Positions 17,627-27,182 of a stretch of DNA of 64,000 nucleotides are shown here, piece by piece. Source of the DNA: a virus. Positions within the stretch are counted from its first letter, which is position 1, and every line of letters starts with the position of its first letter. The notes below the pieces were generated by a model, which saw only the letters and a program-made list of their open reading frames with translations, was not told where the DNA came from and ran no database searches. The stretch spans positions 1 to 64,000 of the IMG/VR virus record IMGVR_UViG_3300032174_000002; one strand, written 5' to 3'. A program made the translations under genes and the position numbers.

Positions 17627-19297
17627 CTAGATCCGCCCACCCGCCGCCCCGCTGGCCTTGTGCCAGCCCTGCCCGCGCTGCTTCTTGACCACCAGCCGCC
17701 GCTGGCCGCCCCTGCCGGTCTGCCACTCGTACCGCTGCCGCTCCACCATCTCTCCCGCGCCCTCGGGCAGCCGGTCCGCGATCCGCTTCCGCCGCAGGCC
17801 GTGCAGCTCGCGAAGCGCCTTGGCGGTGGCGGCCGCGAGCGCTCCAACATCGCCGCCGGCGGCGTCCGCCTGCGGATCCGGCACCGCTCTCGGGTCGCCG
17901 GGCGGCGGCTTGATTCCTGGCCCCGCTGCGAACGGCTCCAACCCGCCGCGGCGCCCGACCGTCGCGGCCCCGGACAGGTCGCGCTTGAGCGGCACCAGCG
18001 AGCCGAGGATGAAGGCCACGTCGCCGCCCTCCTGGTTCGAGACCGGGAGATCGAGCAGCGTCAGGGCGTCGTTCAGCGGCACGCCGCTCTGGACCGCGTC
18101 CTTGAGCGCCGTCAGCTTCTTGCCGATGTCGTCGCGCAGCGCGATGATCCCCGAGGTGTCGTAGGTGATGTAGCGGGTGCGCTGCTCCTCGCGGCCGATC
18201 AGCGAGAGATTGAGCGCCTCCCGGATGATGTCGATCAGCGGCATCACGGCGAAGTGGTACATCGCCCGGTGGGCCAGCTCGCTGTTTGCGTACGTCTTCC
18301 CGGCGCGGTCGAACATCGCCGGATCGATGTGGAGGACCATGGCGAACTCGTCGCGCAGGACACCGCGAGAGTCGATCCAATCCATCTCGCTGGGTTTCAT
18401 GCCGAGCGCTTCCCACTTGACGTCGCCCCCGGTGACGAACGGCAGGCCACGCTTGTCCGGCCCGACGTAGGCGTCGTAGATCTCCGAGCGCCAGGCCTCG
18501 AGGCCCTCCTCGCCCTGCATGAAGTCCTTCGCCGAGAACATGCCCGCCGGCACGCCCAGGTTCTTGGCGATCGCCCGCTGGGCGTCGACCATGGCGTTGT
18601 CGGCATCGATCCCGCGCGCCAAGACCTTCAAGGGGGCCGCCCCCCAATACGGGTTGATCGGATCCTCCATCATCGAATGGATCAGATCCTCCGCCCGCCA
18701 CACCCGCCGGTTCGCGCCGTCCCAGTAGAGGTAGCCCAGGATCCATTCGGTGGGGTGCGGGATCGGCTGGACGAAGACCGGCGACTCCGGCCACAGCTCG
18801 AGGACCTTGCCGCGGTCCCGGCCGCGGGCGTCAGGGTCGGGGTTCTCGAAATACTTGCCCCAGAGCCCGTTGCCGCCGCAGAGCATGTGGAGGACCTTGC
18901 GGTAGACGATGCGCCCCCGGCTCATCTTTGGGTTCGGCCGCTCGAGCAGGTTCTCGAGGTCGGAGTCCTCGACCGGCTCCCAGCCGCCGTCATCGGCCAG
19001 CTTCTGCTCGATCCAGGGGATGCCGGAGGCCAGCGTGGCGATGCGCGAGGCGCCGGCGTAGAAGACGCTCGAGGCGTAGTAGCCCTCCCGGACGCCCTTC
19101 TCCGTGTTCCATTCGGGGTAGATCGGGATCCCCGGCCAGAACGGGTAGGAGACGTGCCGGGGGTCGTAGGGCGCCACGACCGGCTGCGGCCAGGAGTAGG
19201 CATCGACGCCGCTGTACAGCGACACCAGGCCGCCGGCGTTGGCGCTGGCCGGGTAGGAGCCGGAGGCCGGCGGGAGCATGAGTTGGGAGCCGGCCAT
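17627..19297 (-). CDS. Portal protein, HK97 family
   Basis: LLERPNPKMS, GGNG, YWGAAPL, LGMKPSEMDW, TYANSELA. Confidence 0.93.
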   Translation of the reverse strand: MAGSQLMLPPASGSYPASANAGGLVSLYSGVDAYSWPQPVVAPYDPRHVSYPFWPGIPIYPEWNTEKGVREGYYASSVFYAGASRIATLASGIPWIEQKLADDGGWEPVEDSDLENLLERPNPKMSRGRIVYRKVLHMLCGGNGLWGKYFENPDPDARGRDRGKVLELWPESPVFVQPIPHPTEWILGYLYWDGANRRVWRAEDLIHSMMEDPINPYWGAAPLKVLARGIDADNAMVDAQRAIAKNLGVPAGMFSAKDFMQGEEGLEAWRSEIYDAYVGPDKRGLPFVTGGDVKWEALGMKPSEMDWIDSRGVLRDEFAMVLHIDPAMFDRAGKTYANSELAHRAMYHFAVMPLIDIIREALNLSLIGREEQRTRYITYDTSGIIALRDDIGKKLTALKDAVQSGVPLNDALTLLDLPVSNQEGGDVAFILGSLVPLKRDLSGAATVGRRGGLEPFAAGPGIKPPPGDPRAVPDPQADAAGGDVGALAAATAKALRELHGLRRKRIADRLPEGAGEMVERQRYEWQTGRGGQRRLVVKKQRGQGWHKASGAAGGRI

Positions 19298-19441
19298 CAG
19301 ACGACCTCGAGCACCGTGGCTGGCCGGGGCGGCAGAAGCTGCGAGAAGGAAGCGGGCGGAACCATCTTGGCCGTCGAGCGGAGGGAGCGCGAGTTGCCGC
19401 GAGGGCGGCAGGCCGACGAGTCGGGGTGATGGCGCTCTCCA

Positions 19442-20242
19442 CTAGACGGCGCCATCGGGACCGCCCATGAGGAAGAGATGCTGGAAACGTGGCGTGGCTG
19501 GCCGGGGAGTTGGCCGGAGGCGCTGCATCGGGCCGCTGATAACTACGTGGGCTGCCCTGGCGAGCGCCGCGAGCGTGGCCGAGTCAAGTGGGGCAGGGTG
19601 CAGGGTCAGCGTCGCACGCTCGACCTTGACCTCCGGGAGGCTTTCCAGCCGGCGCACCTCCTCCACGGGGAGGTAGCCAGCAGGTGACGGGCCGGCAGCG
19701 CCGCAGTCGTTCCTGCGGAGCAGCGTGATCCATCGCAACAGGGCCGCCGCGTGGCGCCAGCTCTCCTGGTAGCGGGGGTCGTTCAGGTCGCCGGGGCGCT
19801 CGTAGGCGTGCTTGCGGCACGCCCGGCGGACCTCATCCAGGTAGGCGTTCGCCGCGGCCGGCATTTCCTGCGCCGCCGCGTCGTCCATGCCGCGCACGAG
19901 GAGGCGCGCTAGCTGGTGGAAGCGCGCCGCCTTCGGCATCTTGGCGCCGTAGCCCTCGGCGATCACCTCCCAGGGCGGCCGGTTGATCCCGAGGACGGAG
20001 CGCTGCCGATCGAGCATGAGGTTGCAGGCCCGGCAGCACCACTCGCCAGCGCCCCAGGGCCAGCAGCGGTATCCCCGCGCCTCTTCGCCACCGCAGGAGG
20101 CGCAGTAGGTCGCCTGGTCAAGGTCGGGGCGTATCGGGTGCAGCGAGGCGTTGAACAGGCGCCAGATCGCTCCGCCCGGCAGCTCGACATAGAGGTCGCC
20201 GCCGGGGGTGACGTAGCGGTTGGGGCTGTCAGGCGAAGGCAA
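19442..20242 (-). CDS. Hypothetical protein with CxxC motifs
   Basis: CASCGG...WCCRAC. Confidence 0.55.
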   Translation of the reverse strand: MPSPDSPNRYVTPGGDLYVELPGGAIWRLFNASLHPIRPDLDQATYCASCGGEEARGYRCWPWGAGEWCCRACNLMLDRQRSVLGINRPPWEVIAEGYGAKMPKAARFHQLARLLVRGMDDAAAQEMPAAANAYLDEVRRACRKHAYERPGDLNDPRYQESWRHAAALLRWITLLRRNDCGAAGPSPAGYLPVEEVRRLESLPEVKVERATLTLHPAPLDSATLAALARAAHVVISGPMQRLRPTPRPATPRFQHLFLMGGPDGAV

Positions 20243-20817
20243 CCGGCACCTCGATCTCGTTGCCGTCGTAGAGCAGGCGCACCACGCGCATCGGGGCGCC
20301 GTAGATGTGCCAGCACCCGGCCTGAAAGCCGAAGAGGTACGGGACCATGATCTGTCGCTTGAGAGGGAGCTTGCGGAAGTCGACCACCGGCGCGCGATAG
20401 GGCGGTCCCGCGCTGCCGGTCAGGGTCCTTTCGTGGGCGGCGAGCACCGCGGCCAGGCTGGTCATCCGGCGTCCACCGCGGCCGACTCGGCCGGTTCGGA
20501 CCGCTCCGGCTCCGGGTCCGCGGAAGAGGCGGTTGGCGCCCACGAAGTGGGTGGCAAGCCCTCACGCCGTGTCGGCTGGCGGGTCATCGCGTCGGGAATC
20601 ATAGCACCGTCGCCGCGCCGAGGTCGGACTCGAAGCCCTCCTCCTCGGCGGCCAGGGCTTCCAGGGCCACAGACCGGAGCGGGAACTCGCGGGAGAGGAG
20701 GACTAGCAGCAGCGGGTCCCGCCTGCCGGTCGGCGCCAGGTTGTCGAGCGCCCGGAGCCGGTCGACCATGGCGGCATCCCAGGGGACGACCAGGAGGAAA
20801 CCGCGGCGGCGCTTCAT

Positions 20818-21255
20818 CTACCCATGGGATGGAAGCGCGGGAAGCGGCGGGACGGGCTTCCGTTCGCTGGCGAGCTTCCAGGCCTCCTGCTGCTCACCGG
20901 CAAGCCAGTCAGGGCGCCCGGCCTGCCTTACCGCTTCCGCCGCCGTGCGATAGCGCCCTGCCTCCAATGCCGCATACTGCTCGCGCTCGCCGGCCCTGCG
21001 TTCCAGCAGTTGCGCCTGAAGCTCGGCCACTTCGGCAAGGGAGGGACCTGGCGGTGGGTTTTGGAAACCGCCGATGGTTCCGTCTGGCCGGTGCACCTCG
21101 ACGGTCAGCGGTGTCGTCGTGCTTGCCGGCACCCACGCGCCCGGACCTCGATGCAGAAAGTGCATCGCCAGGGCGTCGGCCGCCATTGCGTCCTTCGCTC
21201 TGGCGTAAAGCTCTCCGTTGATGCGGACCTCGTACGGAAGATCGTCCTTGTCCAT
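20818..21255 (-). CDS. Hypothetical protein
   Basis: ATG with GGGAGG RBS. Confidence 0.5.
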   Translation of the reverse strand: MDKDDLPYEVRINGELYARAKDAMAADALAMHFLHRGPGAWVPASTTTPLTVEVHRPDGTIGGFQNPPPGPSLAEVAELQAQLLERRAGEREQYAALEAGRYRTAAEAVRQAGRPDWLAGEQQEAWKLASERKPVPPLPALPSHG

Positions 21256-21284
21256 CTGCCTCCCCCTCTTGTTCCTGAAGATCC

Positions 21285-21707
21285 TCACCGCCGCCCCGTC
21301 TTCGGCCGGCCCCCGGTGAGCGCCAGCACCTCCTCTGGCGATATCGGCTCGCCCGACAGCTCCGCCGCCGCCCGGGCCTTCTGCTGCGCCAGCTCTGCCA
21401 CCCGGGCACGCTCCTTGTCCTCGGCCTTGACCGCGCCGGCGACGCCCGCCCCGGCCTGCCGCGCCCGCGCCGCCTGGACCGCATCGCCCATCCATTTCAC
21501 CGATGCCCAGCCCCGCCACAGCACGATCGCGTGCGGCCGGTAGCCCGCCAGCCCGAGGAGCAGCAAGCCCCCCGAGAGCGGCCACAGCCAGGTCGCCCGA
21601 AAGGCCCAGGCAAGCCCCCAGGTCGCCAGCCCCCAGCCGGCCAGGAAGGCGGCCAGGGTGAGGGTGGCGGCACGGCTGCCAGTGGCGAGGAGGCGGGGGA
21701 AGGGCAT
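21285..21707 (-). CDS. Membrane protein
   Basis: Two hydrophobic segments, LAAFLAGWGLATWGL and LWPLSGGLLLLGLAG. Confidence 0.55.
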   Translation of the reverse strand: MPFPRLLATGSRAATLTLAAFLAGWGLATWGLAWAFRATWLWPLSGGLLLLGLAGYRPHAIVLWRGWASVKWMGDAVQAARARQAGAGVAGAVKAEDKERARVAELAQQKARAAAELSGEPISPEEVLALTGGRPKTGRR

Positions 21708-22231
21708 CAGATCGGCATGCGGTGGCCGGCCGCGCGCGCGTGGTCCAGACTGCGGATATGCCCAGCCGTCTCGCTCTCCGAAAGCCTGTCATTGGCGTCC
21801 GCCAGCGCTTCGAGGTGGGCGGCGTGGCCGCTCAGGCTTCGCGCCAAGCACCGCGCATCGCGGTAGTCGTCGCCCGAGGCGCGCCCCTCCCCGAGGATTG
21901 ACTCGAAGCGGCCAAGGATCGCATCGAGTTCCCGCTCGGCTCTTGCCGCAGCCGCGATCATGGCTCGCCTCGTCGCCGGCGTCGCCCGCGCCTCGGCCGC
22001 CGCGATCTCTCGCTCCACCGAGTCCATGGGAGCCTGCTCCGGTGCGGCGGCGTCCGCCGTGGTCCTCCACAGCTCGGCGACGTTTCCCCAGGCAATCAGC
22101 CTGGTGCCGCCAACGATCACGCCGAGAAACGCGCCGTGCATGTCGGAGAGGATGCGGCACTCACCCTCCACGAGCCTGCCGGCTCTCGTGTGTACCTCGC
22201 CGGCAAAGGGCTCCCGCCAGTCGTCCGTCAT
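21707..22231 (-). CDS. Hypothetical protein
   Basis: 174-aa ORF with GGAGG RBS. Confidence 0.55.
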   Translation of the reverse strand: MTDDWREPFAGEVHTRAGRLVEGECRILSDMHGAFLGVIVGGTRLIAWGNVAELWRTTADAAAPEQAPMDSVEREIAAAEARATPATRRAMIAAAARAERELDAILGRFESILGEGRASGDDYRDARCLARSLSGHAAHLEALADANDRLSESETAGHIRSLDHARAAGHRMPI

Positions 22232-22235
22232 CTGC

Positions 22236-23720
22236 CTACCCTCCCTGCGCCGCTCTCGGCGCTGCTCGGCCGAAGCTGTAGTGCCTCGACGCCTTGGGGC
22301 TCAGCCCGGCAAGCTCGAACATCAGCCACGTAGCAGCATCTAAACGATTGGGGCTCGCCTCGCCGCGCTTGCCGGTGTACGACAGCATCTCATCTTCCAG
22401 CTTTCGGAGATGGTCGTAGGTGTAGAGCCGCTTCTTCGGGTCCCACTTCGCGACGTGGTGGACGCGCCCCTGCTCGTAGAGGGCAGACACCGGCTCGGCC
22501 CGCGCCATCTTGTTGACCGCGGCGTGGACCTTGCGGACGGGGAGGTTGATGTTCGCGCCGCGGAGCGTCGACTCCACCAGGTCGCCGCCGTTGTTCACCT
22601 CGGCCACCAGGCGGTCGCCAGCGATCTCCGCCATCAGCGCCGCGGCCGAGCTCGCCCAGGCCTCGGCCGGCATCACGCCGGACCAGTCGTCGGTGATGTA
22701 GAAGTGGGGCGGCGCCGGCTTGGCGGGAGGGGCCACGGCCCGCGCCAGACCTCGCTTGCCGGCCACGATGCCGCACTCGTCCGACGCCGACGTCGCCGTC
22801 ACCGACGGGTCCAGCCCAACCACCACCCGGTCGATCTCCTCCTCCCACCACTCGCCGTCCTCGCCCGCCGGCGCCTTCACCCGGTGAGCCGGCACTCGCT
22901 CGACTCGGTGGTCGTTGATCATGCCCCAGGTCCAGAGAGCGCCCGGCACGTCCTCGAGGATCTCGGCGGCCAACTCCTGGCGCCCCAGGCGCGTGCCTTC
23001 CATCGGTGCCACGACCTCCTCGATAAACTCGGCCGCCAGGTTGGCCTCGTTCTCCCTGGTATGGCCGCGGGTCACGATCGTGCTGGCCTTGGCCATCAAC
23101 TCGCGAAGCAGCTTGATCGGCTTCGGGGTGGTGGTGATGAGGATCTGCGGCTGGCCCTTGCGGCACATCAGGAGCAGGTTCGACCAGACCTCTTCGAGGC
23201 GCTTGTAGGCGGCGAGCTCGTCCGCCCAGAAGCCGTCGAGGTTGGGGCCGCGGAAGCGGTCCGGTTCGTCGGCGGAGAACAGGTGGGCCTTCGCCCCGTT
23301 GTCCCAGGTGATCGTTCGCTTTGTGGGCTCGTAGCGGGGTCGGAAGGCCGGGTCCGAGCAGGCAAGGATGCCGGTCGGTCCCTCGACCACGACGCCGCGG
23401 AGGTCACCCGCCGTCGGAGCCGACACCCCGAAGCGCTTCCACTCTCCCGCCTCCACCTTGTCGAGGACGGCGTTTGACCCGACTTTCGTCTTTCCCCAGC
23501 CGCGCCCGGCCAGCCACATGAGGATGAAGAACCCGCACGCCGGCAGGAACTGCCCGTTGCTCCGCTCGTCCCGGTCGAGCGTCGGGTTCCGCGGTCGTCC
23601 GGCCCCCTCCTGGCCCACCGCATGCCAGCGCTTCCGCCTCTCGGTGTCGAGAGGAGCGTTCCTGAGCATGAAGAGGCGCCAGAACTCCTGGCGGAGGGGG
23701 ATGGGGGAGAGGGCGGGCAT
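22236..23720 (-). CDS. terL: Terminase large subunit
   Basis: Walker A AGRGWGKT, Walker B WADE, TTTP, nuclease VVGLDP...DECG, AEVNNGG, KMARAEPV, SPNRLDA. Confidence 0.95.
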   Translation of the reverse strand: MPALSPIPLRQEFWRLFMLRNAPLDTERRKRWHAVGQEGAGRPRNPTLDRDERSNGQFLPACGFFILMWLAGRGWGKTKVGSNAVLDKVEAGEWKRFGVSAPTAGDLRGVVVEGPTGILACSDPAFRPRYEPTKRTITWDNGAKAHLFSADEPDRFRGPNLDGFWADELAAYKRLEEVWSNLLLMCRKGQPQILITTTPKPIKLLRELMAKASTIVTRGHTRENEANLAAEFIEEVVAPMEGTRLGRQELAAEILEDVPGALWTWGMINDHRVERVPAHRVKAPAGEDGEWWEEEIDRVVVGLDPSVTATSASDECGIVAGKRGLARAVAPPAKPAPPHFYITDDWSGVMPAEAWASSAAALMAEIAGDRLVAEVNNGGDLVESTLRGANINLPVRKVHAAVNKMARAEPVSALYEQGRVHHVAKWDPKKRLYTYDHLRKLEDEMLSYTGKRGEASPNRLDAATWLMFELAGLSPKASRHYSFGRAAPRAAQGG

Positions 23721-23728
23721 GGAACCAG

Positions 23729-23869
23729 CTAGCCGTGATCGATGGCGACCACGAAGCGGCGAGGGTCGAGCCCGCGGCACCGATTCGAGAGGGTGGCGAA
23801 CTCGGGCGGCCAAGACCGCACCTCGTCCCTGTCCACGAACCAGTCGGTCACCTCGCGCGTGGTCGCCAT
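23729..23869 (-). CDS. 46-aa ORF between terS and terL, enclosed by a 13-bp inverted repeat
   Basis: Hand-translated MATTREVTDWF...VVAIDHG; TGATG overlap with the terS stop. Confidence 0.4.
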   Translation of the reverse strand: MATTREVTDWFVDRDEVRSWPPEFATLSNRCRGLDPRRFVVAIDHG

Positions 23870-24813
23870 CAGTTAGCTACCTCCCCCGGCGTCATCACCG
23901 GCGCCATCCGCTTCACGTCCACCAAGAACCTGGAATGCGCCTTGCGCTCCTCTGCCTCCGCGACCTCGGGTGCCAGCATCGCCGCCAACGCCGCCGACTT
24001 CGCGGCCTCGAAGCCGGCCCTGTAGATCCCTGCCTCCACGCTGCCGGGAGGATAGGGCAGCTCGAGCGGGCAGAGCAGCGCCTCCACGGCCGCCTTCGCC
24101 TGCGCCAGCAGCGCTTTGATCGCCGCGGCCTGCTGGTGGAGAGTCTCCTGCACCATATCGGCATACCGGACCACCAGCATCTGCAGCTCCTCGAGCGTCA
24201 GCACCGCCCGGGCCCGGACTGCGATCTTGGTCTCGGTGTCGACCAGGCGGCGGGACGTTTCGATCGTTCGCCGGGCCTCTCCTTCTGCCTGGATCGCGGC
24301 CTGCCGGCGCTGCTCGGCGGTCGCCCCGGCCTCGAGCGCCGCCTCGAGCCGGGCGAGGATGCGGACCGCGGCATCGGGGTCGCCAGCGACAGCTTGGAGC
24401 TCGTCCAGGATCTCCCGGGCCTCGAGCAGCGCGGCGCCGATCGCGGCCACGGCCGCCCCGGAGCCAGTGCGCTTCATCTGCTCCGAGAGCAGGAGGGCGG
24501 CGAGCGCCTTCTCTTCGACCAGCTGCGCGGCCTGGGGGTCGGCGAGCAGGCGCTGGTGGGCCTCCCGCAGCTCTTCCGGGATGGCGAGGGCATACTTGCT
24601 GTACGCACCCGTCTTGTAGTTGCCGTTCGCCGGCCCGACCGGGTTTCGACCGCCGTGGCGCCAACAGCGGTCCCTGCCGGGCTCGCAGGGCTTCTTGCAT
24701 GGCGTCCCGCCTGGGATGCCGCGGCGGGCGTGACCTTTGATGGGGAAGTTGCAGCGGGGGCGCCCCCCTAATTTCAGAGCGCGGTCCTGCGGTTCGGAGC
24801 CTGGATCTGCCAT
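23869..24813 (-). CDS. terS: Putative terminase small subunit (HGGxSTG-type N-terminus)
   Basis: CKKPCEPGRDRCWRHGG...NGNYKTGAYSKY followed by a coiled coil; upstream of terL. Confidence 0.7.
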   Translation of the reverse strand: MADPGSEPQDRALKLGGRPRCNFPIKGHARRGIPGGTPCKKPCEPGRDRCWRHGGRNPVGPANGNYKTGAYSKYALAIPEELREAHQRLLADPQAAQLVEEKALAALLLSEQMKRTGSGAAVAAIGAALLEAREILDELQAVAGDPDAAVRILARLEAALEAGATAEQRRQAAIQAEGEARRTIETSRRLVDTETKIAVRARAVLTLEELQMLVVRYADMVQETLHQQAAAIKALLAQAKAAVEALLCPLELPYPPGSVEAGIYRAGFEAAKSAALAAMLAPEVAEAEERKAHSRFLVDVKRMAPVMTPGEVAN

Positions 24814-25031
24814 CCGGTCACCGGCTGCGGAGGCGCCCTACGACCATTGGCGCTCGAACTCTTGCCGTCCGGGGTGGCCGGCGGCGCTATCGGCTGCGCA
24901 GTCCCTGTACCCGGCCTCGTGGGACTCATACCAAGTGCCGAGAATGCCGTAGCGGAAGCCATTCTCGCCGGCGAAGCTCAGGAAAGTATCCACCACCGCT
25001 CCTGGCGTTCGCTCGACCATGGTCACCGCGC

Positions 25032-25361
25032 TCATCGCCCGAATCCAGCGCGCGGCGGCCCGATCGAGATGCCCTGCTCGAGATCCCGCAGCCGCACGAA
25101 CGCCGGCGCGCCGTTCTCGCCACTGGCCCACAGCCAGGCCAGCGATTCGTACTCGGTCAGCCAGGGCTCATTCTGTGGGTAGAAGTTACTGCACTCGACG
25201 ATCTTGCTCTGGATCACCGGCGGCGGATGGCCCGCCGCGAGGCACCGCCGGACCGTGTTGCCCCGGCTGTCGCGCTGCGTCCAGCAGGACTTGCAGGAGG
25301 CGCAGAGCGGCAGGGAGAGGTCCTTCGGAGTGGCCTTGTCGATGCGGATGGCGGGTGGCAT
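25032..25361 (-). CDS. Cys-rich hypothetical protein
   Basis: CASCKSC...C...ECSNFY. Confidence 0.55.
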   Translation of the reverse strand: MPPAIRIDKATPKDLSLPLCASCKSCWTQRDSRGNTVRRCLAAGHPPPVIQSKIVECSNFYPQNEPWLTEYESLAWLWASGENGAPAFVRLRDLEQGISIGPPRAGFGR

Positions 25362-25500
25362 GGGCTGGACTGCTTGCCGGGTGGCTCCTTGCCCACGTGG
25401 GGCGGCTCCACGCTACCGAGGTGGCCTGCCGGAGCCCGGCGGCTCCGTGGGGTTCCGGGTGGCTCACCCGGCCGTCGTTGCCGAGGCGACGGGGACGTTC

Positions 25501-25536
25501 AAAGGCGGGGCGGCGACCCGCGCGAGCCGCCGCCCC
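25501..25536 (-). terminator. Intrinsic-terminator-like hairpin after the Ig-domain gene
   Basis: 9-bp arms at 25507-25515 and 25528-25536, short U run. Confidence 0.5.
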
Positions 25537-25549
25537 TTCGCGCGTTGGC

Positions 25550-26080
25550 TCAGGCTCCCGGCGCGGGAGCGGGGGCAGCGGGAGCGGCGGGAACCGCGGT
25601 CGGCGCGGCCGCCGTCAGGTTCAGCCCAGTCGCCGGCTCGGAGACGTCGTAGTCCTGGCTCGCATCCAACTCGGCGCCCACCGTGTTGGTCGCCTTGACG
25701 TTGACGGTCGCCTTGCCGGGCGCCACCGCGACGGCCACGCAGGAGAGGCCGTCCGCGGCCGGCGTGACGGTCAGGATGTTGGTGTCGGAGCTGGACCATG
25801 CGATGCCGGTCACCGGCTCCGGCTCGCCCTTCGCGCCCAGCGGGTTGATGGCCAGGGCGTCTTCCTGGCCGACGCTCATCGGGATCGACATGTCTTTCGC
25901 TCTCCTCAGATTCAAGATGGTTGCGCCGGTACTGGCGCCTCCGGGCGGTCGCGCCGCCAGGGCCTCGAGATCCTCCTGGAGCTCTTCCAGGGCGAGCCAC
26001 AGAACCGTCGCGCTACCTTCCCGTCCAGGGATGGCGAAGTGCGCGGCGGCCTCGTGGAGATGGCGGTGCATTGTCGGCAA
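25550..26080 (-). CDS. Ig-like (Big_2) domain protein; strong internal start at 25891
   Basis: IAWSSSDTNILTVTP...AVAPGKATVNVKA; GAGGAG RBS before ATG 25891. Confidence 0.7.
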   Translation of the reverse strand: MPTMHRHLHEAAAHFAIPGREGSATVLWLALEELQEDLEALAARPPGGASTGATILNLRRAKDMSIPMSVGQEDALAINPLGAKGEPEPVTGIAWSSSDTNILTVTPAADGLSCVAVAVAPGKATVNVKATNTVGAELDASQDYDVSEPATGLNLTAAAPTAVPAAPAAPAPAPGA

Positions 26081-26418
26081 CGATCATCGCGCAGTCGTTG
26101 CGGCGGCGTCAAGGGCTGAACGGAAGCCGAGCCTGTCTACCTCTGCACCGTCGCCGTGCAGTACTGCAGGGTCGCGGTGCAGACCCCCCCTCCTTCACAC
26201 CCGCCTCTCCCTCACCGTCAATCCCCTGCGTTCCGCCACTCGGTGCGGGTGCGCTCCCACCGGCAGGTCCGCCCCGTTGTACTCCCAGGCGGCCAGCACC
26301 TCGCGGCGCCGGGAGCCGGTCAGGAAGCGGGGGTGCCAGTCGAGCGCCTCCCGCTCTTCCATCTCGTGGTGCGGCCGTAGGGCCGCGATCAGCATCAGCT
26401 TGGTCGGGATGGGTATCA

Positions 26419-26613
26419 TCACACCCCTTTGGCGAGCGGCCGCTGCGGGAGAGACTGCCACCGGGCCGCGTGCTGGACCGGCTGGCCGCTGGTGGGCGCG
26501 GTCAGCTGGATCGGGATCTTGCCGGCCTGCTGGCCGCCCACCAGGCAGGGATGGCCGCGGGTGGCTCCGCAGTGCGGGCAGGGGACGGAGAGGGCGGCGG
26601 CGGGGTCGGTCAT
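26419..26613 (-). CDS. Small zinc-finger protein
   Basis: ALSVPCPHCGATRGHPC...HAAR. Confidence 0.55.
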   Translation of the reverse strand: MTDPAAALSVPCPHCGATRGHPCLVGGQQAGKIPIQLTAPTSGQPVQHAARWQSLPQRPLAKGV

Positions 26614-27182
26614 CGGTCCTGCCTGCACGAGTCGCACTCTCCGCACTGCGTACCGTCCTGGCGCGGCTCGTAGCAAGACCAGGTGTCGGCGATCACCACC
26701 TGAAGTGCGACCGCGAGCGCGCGGACTTCGGAGCGCAGCATACCAACGAGCGGCGCGCGGACGACAACGCCGCCGTCGAGCGCGAGGACGACCGAGAGAG
26801 CCGCCGCGAATTCCGGCCGGCAGTCAGGATAGCTCGCCTGGTCCGCGCCACTGGCGCCATACCAGACCTCCCGGGCTCCGATCTCCGGTGCCGAACTGGC
26901 CGCCAGCGCAATCAGGATCAGGTTCCGGCAGGGGATGACTCGCGGCCCGGAGGCGCCGACGCCATTCGCCAGGGCCGCCGCGGCCGGGAATGCGGCTCGC
27001 AGTTCGACTAGGCGGCTACCATTCCTGCCGCACCAGCGCTGGGCAGCTTCGCGCTCCTGTTCCACCGCCGGCTGGCCGTAGTCCACAAACGCCGCGGCGG
27101 CCAGGCGACCGGCTCGCGCCGCGATCGTCGCCAGCACTGTCGAGTCCAGGCCACCGGAGAACAGGACCGCCACGTCCTTCAT
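26610..27182 (-). CDS. queC: QueC-like 7-cyano-7-deazaguanine synthase
   Basis: SGGLDS PP-loop, DYGQ, PCRN, YPDCRPEF, TWSCY, CGECDSC. Confidence 0.92.
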   Translation of the reverse strand: MKDVAVLFSGGLDSTVLATIAARAGRLAAAAFVDYGQPAVEQEREAAQRWCGRNGSRLVELRAAFPAAAALANGVGASGPRVIPCRNLILIALAASSAPEIGAREVWYGASGADQASYPDCRPEFAAALSVVLALDGGVVVRAPLVGMLRSEVRALAVALQVVIADTWSCYEPRQDGTQCGECDSCRQDR

